From contig NZ_CP046206.1 of NCBI RefSeq assembly GCF_012570145.1, positions 272,324 to 304,323 on the forward strand: a stretch of 32,000 nucleotides of DNA. Direction: 5' to 3'. This DNA comes from Enterobacteriaceae endosymbiont of Donacia provostii (GTDB taxonomy: Bacteria; Pseudomonadota; Gammaproteobacteria; Enterobacterales; Enterobacteriaceae). Numbering within the stretch: the stretch's first letter is position 1; each line of letters starts with the position of its first letter. Shown piece after piece: positions 1 through 8,185 of this stretch. Below the pieces are notes generated by a model. That model worked only from the letters and a program-made list of their open reading frames with translations, had not been told where the DNA came from and ran no database searches. The position numbers and the translations under genes are program-made.

Positions 1-442
1 TAGAACCAGGAACTCTATGTGAAAGAGAGTTTCCATGACTAGAATCTTGTGTTTTAAAATTCCATCTTTTTACAGTACCAGCAAATCCTTTTCCTTTTGA
101 AAAACCAGTAACATCTACTTTAACTATTTGTTTAAAAATATCAATATTTATTTTTTGACCTACATAAAATTTATTGATACTATAATCTTGAATACGATAT
201 TCCCATAAAATAGAACCAGCTTCAGTTTTAGCTTTTAAAAAATGTCCTATTTCAGCTTTATTTATACGACTAGTTTTTTTAAAACCTGTAGTCATTTGAA
301 TAGCATTATATCCATCATTTAAAATAGTTTTAATTTGTGTTACTCGGATATTTTCAAATTGTATAACAGTTATTGGAATAGATATACCTTCTTCAGTAAA
401 AATTCTAGTCATTCCCATTTTTTTACCTATTAATCCAATCAT
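1..442 (-). CDS. rplC: 50S ribosomal protein L3 (uL3). The 5' part only; the 3' end runs off the window start.
   Basis: Hand translation of the minus strand from the ATG at 442-440 gives [19 protein letters not shown]. The window edge reads ...[23 protein letters not shown]. Both match E. coli L3 ([19 protein letters not shown] ... [23 protein letters not shown]). It lies 40 nt downstream of rpsJ, as in the S10 operon. Confidence 0.95.
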   Translation of the reverse strand, partial: MIGLIGKKMGMTRIFTEEGISIPITVIQFENIRVTQIKTILNDGYNAIQMTTGFKKTSRINKAEIGHFLKAKTEAGSILWEYRIQDYSINKFYVGQKINIDIFKQIVKVDVTGFSKGKGFAGTVKRWNFKTQDSSHGNSLSHRVPGS

Positions 443-482
443 ATATTATATACTCCACTATTATATTGAATATATTTTGTTT

Positions 483-812
<330 letters not shown>

Positions 813-994
813 TTAAAAATTAAAGTAACTCTCTATAAAACATATATATATTGAGAGACCTATTATGATTTAATAAAAATAATTATATTATTATGACTTA
901 TAATGTATAAATAAAGCAATATTTTTATATTTATAAAATGAAAAAAACTATTTAAAATAAAAAATTTATTTAAATATTAGATAAAAATTATTAA

Positions 995-1003
995 TGGTAT
1001 AAT
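995..1003 (+). promoter_or_regulatory. Candidate extended -10 promoter (TGGTATAAT) for ruvX/yqgF
   Basis: TGnTATAAT is read directly at 995-1003, 44 nt upstream of the ruvX ATG. In DNA this AT-rich, TATAAT alone is weak evidence; the TG extension adds a little. Confidence 0.3.
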
Positions 1004-1046
1004 ATAATTCATAAATATTATAAATTATATATAAAAGAATTTTAAA

Positions 1047-1463
1047 ATGACATTGTTAGCTTTTGATTATGGAACTAAAAATATAGGTGTTGCAGTAGGT
1101 CAAAGTATTATACGTATAGCACATACACTCAAGGTTATCAAAAATAAAAAATCTGGTGTAATTAATTGGATAAAAATTAATGATTTATTTAATCAATGGA
1201 AACCAATTAAAATTATTATTGGTTTACCATTACAAATGGATGGTAGTAATCAATATATTACTATTTTAGTTAAAAAATTTGCTATTCATATAAAAAAAAA
1301 ATTTCATATTAACAATATTGAATTTCATGATGAACGATTAAGTACAGTTGAAGCTAAAGATATTTTATTTACTAATGGAGGTTGGAAAACTTTACAAAAA
1401 AGTGATATAAATTCATTATCAGCATCAATTATTTTACAAAGTTGGTTTGAGAATAATAAATAA
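1047..1463 (+). CDS. ruvX: Putative pre-16S rRNA nuclease / Holliday-junction-resolvase-like protein YqgF (RuvX)
   Basis: 138 aa, the same length as E. coli YqgF. MTLLAFDYGTKNIGVAVGQ...IIIGLPLQMDGS...HDERLSTVEAK... matches E. coli LLAFDFGTKSIGVAVGQ / IIVGLPLNMDGT / HDERLSTVEAR. Confidence 0.92.
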   Translation: MTLLAFDYGTKNIGVAVGQSIIRIAHTLKVIKNKKSGVINWIKINDLFNQWKPIKIIIGLPLQMDGSNQYITILVKKFAIHIKKKFHINNIEFHDERLSTVEAKDILFTNGGWKTLQKSDINSLSASIILQSWFENNK

Positions 1464-1517
1464 ACATTCTGAATAAAATATTTTTGTAAAAATATTTTAT
1501 ATATTTTGGAGTTTTTT

Positions 1518-2075
1518 ATGATTAAAATTATATGTTTATATAAACATTTAATGAACATTATAATATTAATTTTTTTATTAAGACTATGGATTTATTATTC
1601 TATTAATAATTATTATAATTCTTTTATAAGATTTATTATAATGTTAACAGATATATGTACAAAATATATTAAAAAAATTTTTCCTATAAAAAATAATAAA
1701 TTAATATATATAATGTTAGTTTTCTTTTTTTTATTATTGAAATATCCTATAGTAATATTACTACAACATGAAAGTTTATTTGATCACAGTATAAAAACAT
1801 ATTTTTTAGTTAGTATATTAATATTATTGAAAATTGTTGGATGCTTTATATTTTATATTATTACTACATATTTAATATTAAATTATATTAATATAAGATT
1901 TTTAAATCTTAATGAAATTTTAGAAATATTTGTTAATCAAATATATTCTTCTATAAAAATAATATTTCCAGATATTTATTATTTAAATATTATTTTATTT
2001 GTTATTAATATAATATTATATTTTTTAAATAATTTATTAATTGACTTATTTCCACAATTTTGGTTTTTAATTTAA
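1518..2075 (+). CDS. yggT: YggT-family integral membrane protein
   Basis: The size (~185 aa) and the position between yqgF and hemW match the E. coli yqgF...yggT...hemW neighbourhood. LLRLWIYYSINNYYNSFIRFIIMLTD resembles E. coli YggT LLRIWMQWAHCDFYNPFSQFVVKVTQP. The track ORF begins at a TTG (1506); I prefer the ATG at 1518, which has GGAG 6 nt upstream. Confidence 0.7.
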   Translation: MIKIICLYKHLMNIIILIFLLRLWIYYSINNYYNSFIRFIIMLTDICTKYIKKIFPIKNNKLIYIMLVFFFLLLKYPIVILLQHESLFDHSIKTYFLVSILILLKIVGCFIFYIITTYLILNYINIRFLNLNEILEIFVNQIYSSIKIIFPDIYYLNIILFVINIILYFLNNLLIDLFPQFWFLI

Positions 2076-2078
2076 AAT

Positions 2079-3227
2079 ATGATTTTTTTGAATAAATATT
2101 ATAGTTTATATATTCACATTCCTTGGTGTTTGAAAAAATGTCCTTATTGTGATTTTTTTTCAAAAAATTTTATAAAAAAAAATAAAAAATTACAATTTCA
2201 ATATATAAATAGTTTATTATTAGATTTAGATCAAACTTTATCTTTTTTGAAAAAAAAAATTTATATTAAAAGTATTTTTTTTGGAGGAGGTACACCAAGT
2301 TTGATATGTACAAAATATATATCTTTTCTTTTAAAAGAAATAAAAAAAAGAGTTTATATATTAGAATTAGCAGAAATTACTATTGAAATAAATCCTACTT
2401 CTATATCTGAAAAAAAAATAATAGATTATATTAATATTGGTATAAATCGTTTTTCTATTGGTATTCAAAGTTTTAATAATAAAAATTTAAAAATATTAGG
2501 TAGATTACATTCATCTGAAATAGCTATAAACGCTATTAATATTTTAAAGAAAAATAATGTTCGTAATTTTAATTTAGATATAATTTACGGTATACCAGGA
2601 CAATCATTAAATGAATCTTATCAAGATTTATGTAAAATAATTTCTTTTAAACCAAATCATATTTCATGGTATCAATTAACTATTGAAAAAAATACTATTT
2701 TTTATAAAAAAAAACCAAGAAATTTATTAAGTAATGATTTTTTATGGAAAATATTTTTACAAGGTAAAAAATTTTTTTCTAAAAATAAGTATTTTCAATA
2801 TGAAATTTCTTCTTTTGTAAAAAATAATAAATATCAGTGTATACATAATCTAAATTATTGGTATTTTGGTAATTATTTAGGTATTGGATGTAGTGCACAT
2901 AGTAAAATTACTTTATCAAATAATAAAATTATTAGAATTACTAAAAATAATAACATTAAACAATACATGAATAGAAATTTTATTTCTTCTATAAGAAGGT
3001 TATCACATAAAGATATAATATTTGAATTTTTTTTAAATCGTTTTAGATTATACAAAAAAATTTATAAACAAGAATTTTTTTATTTTACTGGTATAAAAAT
3101 CATAAAAATTATACCTTTAATTAATAAGTCAATCAAATCAGGATACTTAAAAGAAGATAATAATTTTTGGTATATTACAAATAAAGGATATTTATACTTA
3201 AATGATTTATTAGAAATATTTATTTAA
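2079..3227 (+). CDS. hemW: Radical-SAM heme chaperone HemW (YggW, HemN-like)
   Basis: 382 aa. The radical-SAM motif CLKKCPYCDF (CxxxCxxC) sits near the N-terminus, followed by FFGGGTPS and the HemN C-terminal region. Position matches E. coli yggW. Confidence 0.88.
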   Translation: MIFLNKYYSLYIHIPWCLKKCPYCDFFSKNFIKKNKKLQFQYINSLLLDLDQTLSFLKKKIYIKSIFFGGGTPSLICTKYISFLLKEIKKRVYILELAEITIEINPTSISEKKIIDYINIGINRFSIGIQSFNNKNLKILGRLHSSEIAINAINILKKNNVRNFNLDIIYGIPGQSLNESYQDLCKIISFKPNHISWYQLTIEKNTIFYKKKPRNLLSNDFLWKIFLQGKKFFSKNKYFQYEISSFVKNNKYQCIHNLNYWYFGNYLGIGCSAHSKITLSNNKIIRITKNNNIKQYMNRNFISSIRRLSHKDIIFEFFLNRFRLYKKIYKQEFFYFTGIKIIKIIPLINKSIKSGYLKEDNNFWYITNKGYLYLNDLLEIFI

Positions 3228-3233
3228 ATAATT

Positions 3234-3917
3234 TTATTTTTGATATTCTATAAAATATATTTTTTTATTTTTTTTTCTTGCTTTATTTAAAAAATTAGTT
3301 TTTAATGTAAATAAATTAAAATTTTTATATATATCTTTATAATAATTTGATTCTTTAAATAAAGAAGAATTATTATTTAAATTTATTATATTTTGATTGA
3401 TACTTTCTTTATAATTTTTACAATCAGTAACTATATATAATAAACCATTATTAATTAATTTAGAATAAATAATTTTTAAAAAATTTTGTTGTAATAATCT
3501 TCTTTTTTGATGTTTTTTTTTTGGCCATGGATCTGGAAAATATAATTGAACTATTTTAATAGAACAATTTGGTATCATATTTTTAAATACAAAAAAAACA
3601 TCATAGTAAATCAATTTCAGATTCTTTATTTTATTATTAATAATATTTTTTAAACATTTGATAACTCCAGGTAAATATACTTCTATACCAATAAAATTAT
3701 ATTTAGGATTATTCATTGCAAGATTTATAATATTACTATCTATACCGAAACCAATATCAATTATAATAGGTAATTTATTTTTAAAAATTTTATGGAAATT
3801 TATTAATTCATTTTTATAATTAATATTAATATCATAAAAATATTTATCAAAAAATATTTTTTTAGATTTTTTTAGTTTTCTAAAACGACAATTAAAACTT
3901 TTAATATAAAAATTCAT
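3234..3917 (-). CDS. trmB: tRNA (guanine46-N7)-methyltransferase
   Basis: 227 aa with the hallmark FPDPWPKKKHQKRR and an IDIGFG SAM-binding motif. It is divergent from yggX, as trmB is from mutY-yggX in E. coli. Confidence 0.9.
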   Translation of the reverse strand: MNFYIKSFNCRFRKLKKSKKIFFDKYFYDININYKNELINFHKIFKNKLPIIIDIGFGIDSNIINLAMNNPKYNFIGIEVYLPGVIKCLKNIINNKIKNLKLIYYDVFFVFKNMIPNCSIKIVQLYFPDPWPKKKHQKRRLLQQNFLKIIYSKLINNGLLYIVTDCKNYKESINQNIINLNNNSSLFKESNYYKDIYKNFNLFTLKTNFLNKARKKNKKIYFIEYQK

Positions 3918-4001
3918 ATAAAATTATATGTTATATTAATAATTAATTAATATAATATTATATTATTAAATAATAATATACATTAAATAAGAAAAAATTT
4001 T

Positions 4002-4238
4002 ATGATAAAAAAAATTTTTTGTATTTATTATCAGTGTAAATTAGAAAAATTACATAATAAAGTATATCCAGGTAATATTGGTAAAATTATATATAATCAT
4101 ATATCTAAAAATGCTTGGGAAAAATGGATTTTGCATCAAACTAAAATTATTAATGAAAAAAAACTTAATATGACAAATCAAAAACATATTACTTATTTAA
4201 AAAATAAAATGATAAAATTTTTATTTTTAAAAAAATAG
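4002..4238 (+). CDS. yggX: Fe(2+)-trafficking protein YggX
   Basis: 78 aa. [50 protein letters not shown] matches E. coli YggX [50 protein letters not shown]. Confidence 0.9.
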   Translation: [78 protein letters not shown]

Positions 4239-4251
4239 ATTTACATATTAT

Positions 4252-4325
4252 GTGGAGCTAAGCGGGATCGAACCGCTGACCCTCTGCGTGCAAAGCAGAT
4301 GCTCTACCATCTGAGCTATAGCCCC
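4252..4325 (-). tRNA. tRNA-Ala (anticodon UGC)
   Basis: The reverse complement reads GGGGCTATAGCTCAGATGGTAGAGCATCTGCTTTGCACGCAGAGGGTCAGCGGTTCGATCCCGCTTTAGCTCCA. This is almost identical to E. coli alaT, with the G3:U70 identity pair present and anticodon loop TT-TGC-AC. It is 74 nt, one more than E. coli (see findings). No CCA is encoded. Confidence 0.93.
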
Positions 4326-4340
4326 TATATTTTATTTTAG

Positions 4341-4414
4341 TAGGCTTGAGTGGATTTGAACCACTGACCTCACCCTTATCAGGGGTGTGCTCTAACCATC
4401 TGAGCTACAAGCCT
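4341..4414 (-). tRNA. tRNA-Ile (anticodon GAU)
   Basis: The reverse complement reads AGGCTTGTAGCTCAGATGGTTAGAGCACACCCCTGATAAGGGTGAGGTCAGTGGTTCAAATCCACTCAAGCCTA. This closely matches E. coli ileT and is the same length. No CCA is encoded. Confidence 0.95.
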
Positions 4415-4426
4415 ATTTATAATACA

Positions 4427-4455
4427 ATTAATTCATATTTATAAAAAAAAGTCAA
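4427..4455 (-). promoter_or_regulatory. Candidate sigma70 promoter for the tRNA-Ile/tRNA-Ala unit (TTGACT-N17-ATTAAT)
   Basis: On the minus strand, TTGACT (4455-4450) is followed by a 17-nt spacer and ATTAAT (4432-4427), about 12 nt upstream of the tRNA-Ile 5' end. The -35 hexamer is one of very few G/C-containing words in this spacer. Confidence 0.35.
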
Positions 4456-4528
4456 TTAAAATATATTTTTTATTTAAAATTTTATTACTAAAAATATTTA
4501 AATAAAAATTTATTATGAGGATTTAAAA

Positions 4529-5845
4529 ATGTTAATGTATAAAAATTATATTTTTTTTTTAATATTATTATTTACAATAATATTTTTTTTATATAAAAAA
4601 TATTTAAATAAAATAAAAAATACAAACCAAGAATTACATTTTGAATTAATAAAAAAAAATGAAAAAATTGAATTTTTAGAAAAATTTAAAATAGAAAATA
4701 AACATCTAAATAAAATTATTTTTGAAAAACAAGAAATAATCATAGACTTAAAAATTAAAATTAAAGAATTACAAGTTAGATTAAATGAAACTACTATTTT
4801 TTTTAATAAAAAAGAAAAAATTATTTATGATAAAAATAACTATTTTAATACAGAATTTAAAAATTTAGCTCATAATATTTTAGAAAAAAGTGAAAATAGA
4901 ATAAATCAATATAATAATAATAATATTAAAAATATTATTTATCCTTTAAATGAAAAATTAGAATCATTACAAAAACAATTGCAAAAAAATTTATATCATG
5001 AATCTAAAGAAAGAAATATATTAATTCATGAAATTAAAAATTTAAAAAAATTAAATATACATATTTCAAATGAAGCTATTAATTTAACTAATGCATTAAA
5101 AGGAAATAATAAAATACAAGGTATTTGGGGAGAATTAGTATTAAATAAAATTTTAGAATCTTCTGGTTTAAGAAGAGGATATGAATATGAAATACAAAAA
5201 AAAATTGAATTAAATAATATAAAAAAAATACAACCTGATGTAATAGTTAATTTACCTTATAATAAAAAAATTATTATAGATTCTAAAATGACATTAATAG
5301 CATACGAACGTTATTTTAATACTGATAATAAAATAAAACAAAAAAAAGCATTAAATGATCATATTATAGCTATACGTAATCACTTAAAATTATTAAGTAA
5401 TAAAAAATATCAATATTTATCTAATTTACAAACATTAGATTATATAATAATGTTTATTCCTATTGAATCTGCATTATCTTTAGCTATAAATTATAAACCC
5501 TCACTCTTATATGATGCTTTAAAATTAAATATTATGTTAGTTAGTCCTACAACTCTAATGATTTCTTTAAGAATTATAGAAAATTTATGGCGTTTTGAAA
5601 AACAAAACAAAAATTCTTTATTAATTGTTGATAGAGCAACAAAATTATATAATAAAATTCGATTATTTATTGATGATATGTATATTTTAGAAAAAAATAT
5701 AGATAAATTACAAATGAATTATAATTCATCTATAAAAAAATTATTTTTAGGAAAAGGAAATATAATATCTCAAATTGAAAATTTTAAAGATTTAGGTATT
5801 AAAATAGTTCATAAAATTAATCATGATTTTAAAAAAAATAATTAA
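4529..5845 (+). CDS. rmuC: DNA recombination protein RmuC
   Basis: 438 aa with an N-terminal TM segment, a K/E/N-rich coiled coil and a conserved C-terminal half. GIWGELVLNKILESSGLRRGYEYEIQ...QPDVIVNLP...IIIDSKMTLIAYERYF...NIMLVSPTTLMISLRIIENLWRFE matches E. coli RmuC GNWGEVVLTRVLEASGLREGYEYETQ / PDVIVRLP / VIDAKMTLVAYERYF / NIMLVSPTTLLVALRTI. GAGGA lies 7 nt upstream of the ATG. Confidence 0.9.
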   Translation: MLMYKNYIFFLILLFTIIFFLYKKYLNKIKNTNQELHFELIKKNEKIEFLEKFKIENKHLNKIIFEKQEIIIDLKIKIKELQVRLNETTIFFNKKEKIIYDKNNYFNTEFKNLAHNILEKSENRINQYNNNNIKNIIYPLNEKLESLQKQLQKNLYHESKERNILIHEIKNLKKLNIHISNEAINLTNALKGNNKIQGIWGELVLNKILESSGLRRGYEYEIQKKIELNNIKKIQPDVIVNLPYNKKIIIDSKMTLIAYERYFNTDNKIKQKKALNDHIIAIRNHLKLLSNKKYQYLSNLQTLDYIIMFIPIESALSLAINYKPSLLYDALKLNIMLVSPTTLMISLRIIENLWRFEKQNKNSLLIVDRATKLYNKIRLFIDDMYILEKNIDKLQMNYNSSIKKLFLGKGNIISQIENFKDLGIKIVHKINHDFKKNN

Positions 5846-6712
5846 AATTATCTTAATTATAAAGAAATAAATATGTTTAATATAATTGTTTATTTATATT
5901 GAATAAATAAAAAAATTTAGATACTACTAATTTATTATCAATAATAAATATTACTAATAATAATAAAGGAACTATCTATCTATAGATAGATATAGTTAAT
6001 ATAAAATTGTTAAAAATATTAAAATTATTATTAATTTACAATTTGAAATACATTATTCTTATCTATTTATAGCATTTTTATACAAATAGAAAAATTTTTT
6101 AAAAAAAATGTAGTAGTAACTTAAAAATAATATAATTGAGATTTTATATAAATTATTCTTTTAATTCATAAATTAAATTAGTATCATATTATTGCATAAT
6201 AATATTTTTATAATATAGAAATGTTTTCATAATTTTTTTTAAAATATTAAAATTTTAGTTTCATAAACTTTCTAAAATAAAAACATATTGTTAATTAATG
6301 ATATTAATGAATTAAAATAATGCTAAGATATAAATATATATATAAGTTTTGAACTAAAATATTTTTAATAAAAAATATAAACATGGTTATTATAAATAAT
6401 ATAAAATTAATTACTAACAATAAATTATTAATAATAATTAATTTCTTTTTTTTCTTATTAAAAAACCATAAAAAACATTATTTAAAAAATTTAAAAGTAG
6501 AAATAAACTTTTATTATTATCTAAATTAATAAAAATTTTTTTTTTGTAATAAATAAAAACTATATAAATTTATATATTTAAATGGGAAAAAATATATTTA
6601 ATATTTTAAATTTAAATAAAAATAATTGAAATTATAATTTTTATAAATTAAAATATATGAAATAAAATATTTTAAAAAATTTTTAAAATTTTTAAGTTAA
6701 GAGAAAATAATA
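5846..6712. other. 867-bp ORF-free, almost G/C-free spacer (gene desert or fully eroded pseudogene region)
   Basis: No ORF appears in the six-frame track in any frame. By eye stops are frequent in every frame. I found no tRNA-like, tmRNA-like, RNase P-like or 4.5S-like G/C-rich segments. Confidence 0.7.
5973..5992. repeat. 20-bp perfect palindrome TATCTATCTA|TAGATAGATA, extendable imperfectly to 5970-5997
   Basis: Read directly: 5973-5982 is the exact reverse complement of 5983-5992. Flanks AAC...GTT pair if a 2-nt bulge (TA at 5993-5994) is allowed. Confidence 0.9.
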
Positions 6713-8113
6713 ATGTGTTTAATTTCTAGTATATCAGAATTAGTAACTGGAAAATTTAAAATTAATCAAATAATATCAATAGGAGGATGGGTTCGTAATA
6801 AAAGACATTCAAAATTAGGAATTTCTTTTATTAATTTATATGATGGATCATATATATATGATATACAAATTATTGCTAATAATACATTATATAATTATAA
6901 AAATGAAATTTTATCTATTACCAGTGGTTGTTCTTTAAAAGTTACTGGGCAACTAAAATTTTCTCTTAAAAATAAAAAAAATTATGAAATATATGCTACA
7001 AAAATAGAAATTTTAGGTTGGGTTGAAAATCCAGGAAAATATCCTATTTCTCCTAAAAAACATAGTTTAAAATATTTAAGAGAAGTATCTCATTTACGTT
7101 CTAGGACAACAATAATTAGTTGCATAACAAGAATTAGACATAATATAGCTTTATTTATACATAATTTTTTAAATAAAAAAAATTTTTTTTGTATAAATAC
7201 TCCAATAATTACAACTATAGATACTGAAGGATCAGGTAAAATGTTTAAAGTATCTACTTTAGATTTTGAAAATATTCAATATAAAAAAAATATAAATATT
7301 TTTAAAAAAGATTTTTTTGGTAAAGAATCTTTTTTAACTGTTTCTGGACAGTTAAATTTAGAAACTTATGCTTGTTCTATGTCTAAAGTATATACATTTG
7401 GACCTACTTTTAGGGCTGAAAATTCAAATACTAAACGTCATTTAGCAGAATTTTGGATGTTAGAATTAGAAATAGCATTTACTAATTTAAAAAATATTAT
7501 GAAATTTGCAGAAAAAATGTTAAAAAAAATTTTTACATATTTTCTTAATTTTCATAAAAAAGAAATTACTTTTTTATCTAATAAATTAGAAAAAAATTTA
7601 TTTTATAAAATTGAAAAAATTATATTAAATAAATTCAATATAATTGAGTATACTGAAGCTGTTAATATTTTAAAAAATTGTAAAGAAAAATTTTTAAATT
7701 CTATTATTTGGGGTAATGATTTATCTTCAGAACATGAAAAATATTTAACCAATAAATATTTTAATAATGCAGTAATAATTTTTAATTATCCTAAAAAAAT
7801 TAAAGCATTTTATATGTATTTAAATGATGATAATAGAACAGTAGCATCTATGGATATATTATTACCTGATATAGGTGAAATTATCGGGGGTTCTCAAAGA
7901 GAAAATAGAATTGATTTTTTAGATAAAAGATTAAAAGAATTAAGATTGAATAAAAATCATTATTGGTGGTATCGTGATTTAAGAAAATATGGAACAGTAC
8001 CTCATTCTGGATTTGGTTTAGGTTTTGAAAGATTATTATCTTATATTACTGGCTTAAATAATATAAAAGATGTTATTCCATTTCCAAGAACTCCATATAA
8101 TGCAAGATTTTAA
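6713..8113 (+). CDS. asnS: Asparagine--tRNA ligase
   Basis: 466 aa, the same length as E. coli AsnS. It is collinear throughout: GWVRNKRHSKLGISF, FFGKESFLTVSGQLNLETYAC, TFGPTFRAENSNTKRHLAEFWMLE, GGSQRE, YWWYRDLRKYGTVPHSGFGLGFERL, IPFPRTP. Confidence 0.97.
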   Translation: MCLISSISELVTGKFKINQIISIGGWVRNKRHSKLGISFINLYDGSYIYDIQIIANNTLYNYKNEILSITSGCSLKVTGQLKFSLKNKKNYEIYATKIEILGWVENPGKYPISPKKHSLKYLREVSHLRSRTTIISCITRIRHNIALFIHNFLNKKNFFCINTPIITTIDTEGSGKMFKVSTLDFENIQYKKNINIFKKDFFGKESFLTVSGQLNLETYACSMSKVYTFGPTFRAENSNTKRHLAEFWMLELEIAFTNLKNIMKFAEKMLKKIFTYFLNFHKKEITFLSNKLEKNLFYKIEKIILNKFNIIEYTEAVNILKNCKEKFLNSIIWGNDLSSEHEKYLTNKYFNNAVIIFNYPKKIKAFYMYLNDDNRTVASMDILLPDIGEIIGGSQRENRIDFLDKRLKELRLNKNHYWWYRDLRKYGTVPHSGFGLGFERLLSYITGLNNIKDVIPFPRTPYNARF

Positions 8114-8185
8114 TAAAAAAAGATAATTTTTTATAAATTTTATTACTAACTAGATTTAAAATATTATTAATAAGGATAAAAAATT

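Noticed and set aside
829-857. CTCTC ... GAGAG inverted repeat upstream of rpsJ as a relic of the S10-operon L4 attenuator
   Set aside because: It is only a 5-bp stem with a loop of about 19 nt and two alternative registers. That is too weak to call from sequence alone.
893-922. dif-like word ATAATGTATAAATAAAG, and a similar AATGTATATATTATATAAT at 28141-28165
   Set aside because: Only the ATAATGTATA part resembles the gammaproteobacterial dif core (GGTGCGCATAATGTATATTATGTTAAAT). The G/C-rich XerC arm and the TTATGTTAAAT XerD arm are absent, and this composition makes partial A/T matches trivial.
1506-1517. N-terminal extensions in the ORF track: MEFF- on yggT, MKIGYIN- on serC (14413-14433) and MRNVYY- on deaD (29891-29908)
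   Set aside because: The first two begin at TTG codons that the track scores as Met. In all three cases an internal ATG with a better Shine-Dalgarno and a better alignment to the E. coli N-terminus lies a few codons downstream.
1325-1558. A 77-aa minus-strand ORF overlapping the ruvX 3' end and the yggT 5' end
   Set aside because: It is antisense to two well-supported genes, has a low-complexity I/K/F/L composition and resembles no family. It is an overlap artefact.
2873-3055. Antisense ORFs inside hemW (2873-3055), rmuC (4546-4743) and mrdA (16661-16981)
   Set aside because: The reasoning is the same. Each lies fully inside a confidently identified gene on the other strand and has no start context or recognisable domain.
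5846-6712. The long AT-rich spacer as a replication origin (oriC) or a CRISPR/tandem-repeat array
   Set aside because: I found no DnaA-box-like words (TTATCCACA / TGTGGATAA or one-off variants), no regularly spaced direct repeats and no dnaA or gidA neighbours. The flanking genes are not arranged divergently, and the long array at 9494-22925 points back toward the spacer. Only short A/T-only repeats such as AAAATATTAAAATT recur, as expected by chance.
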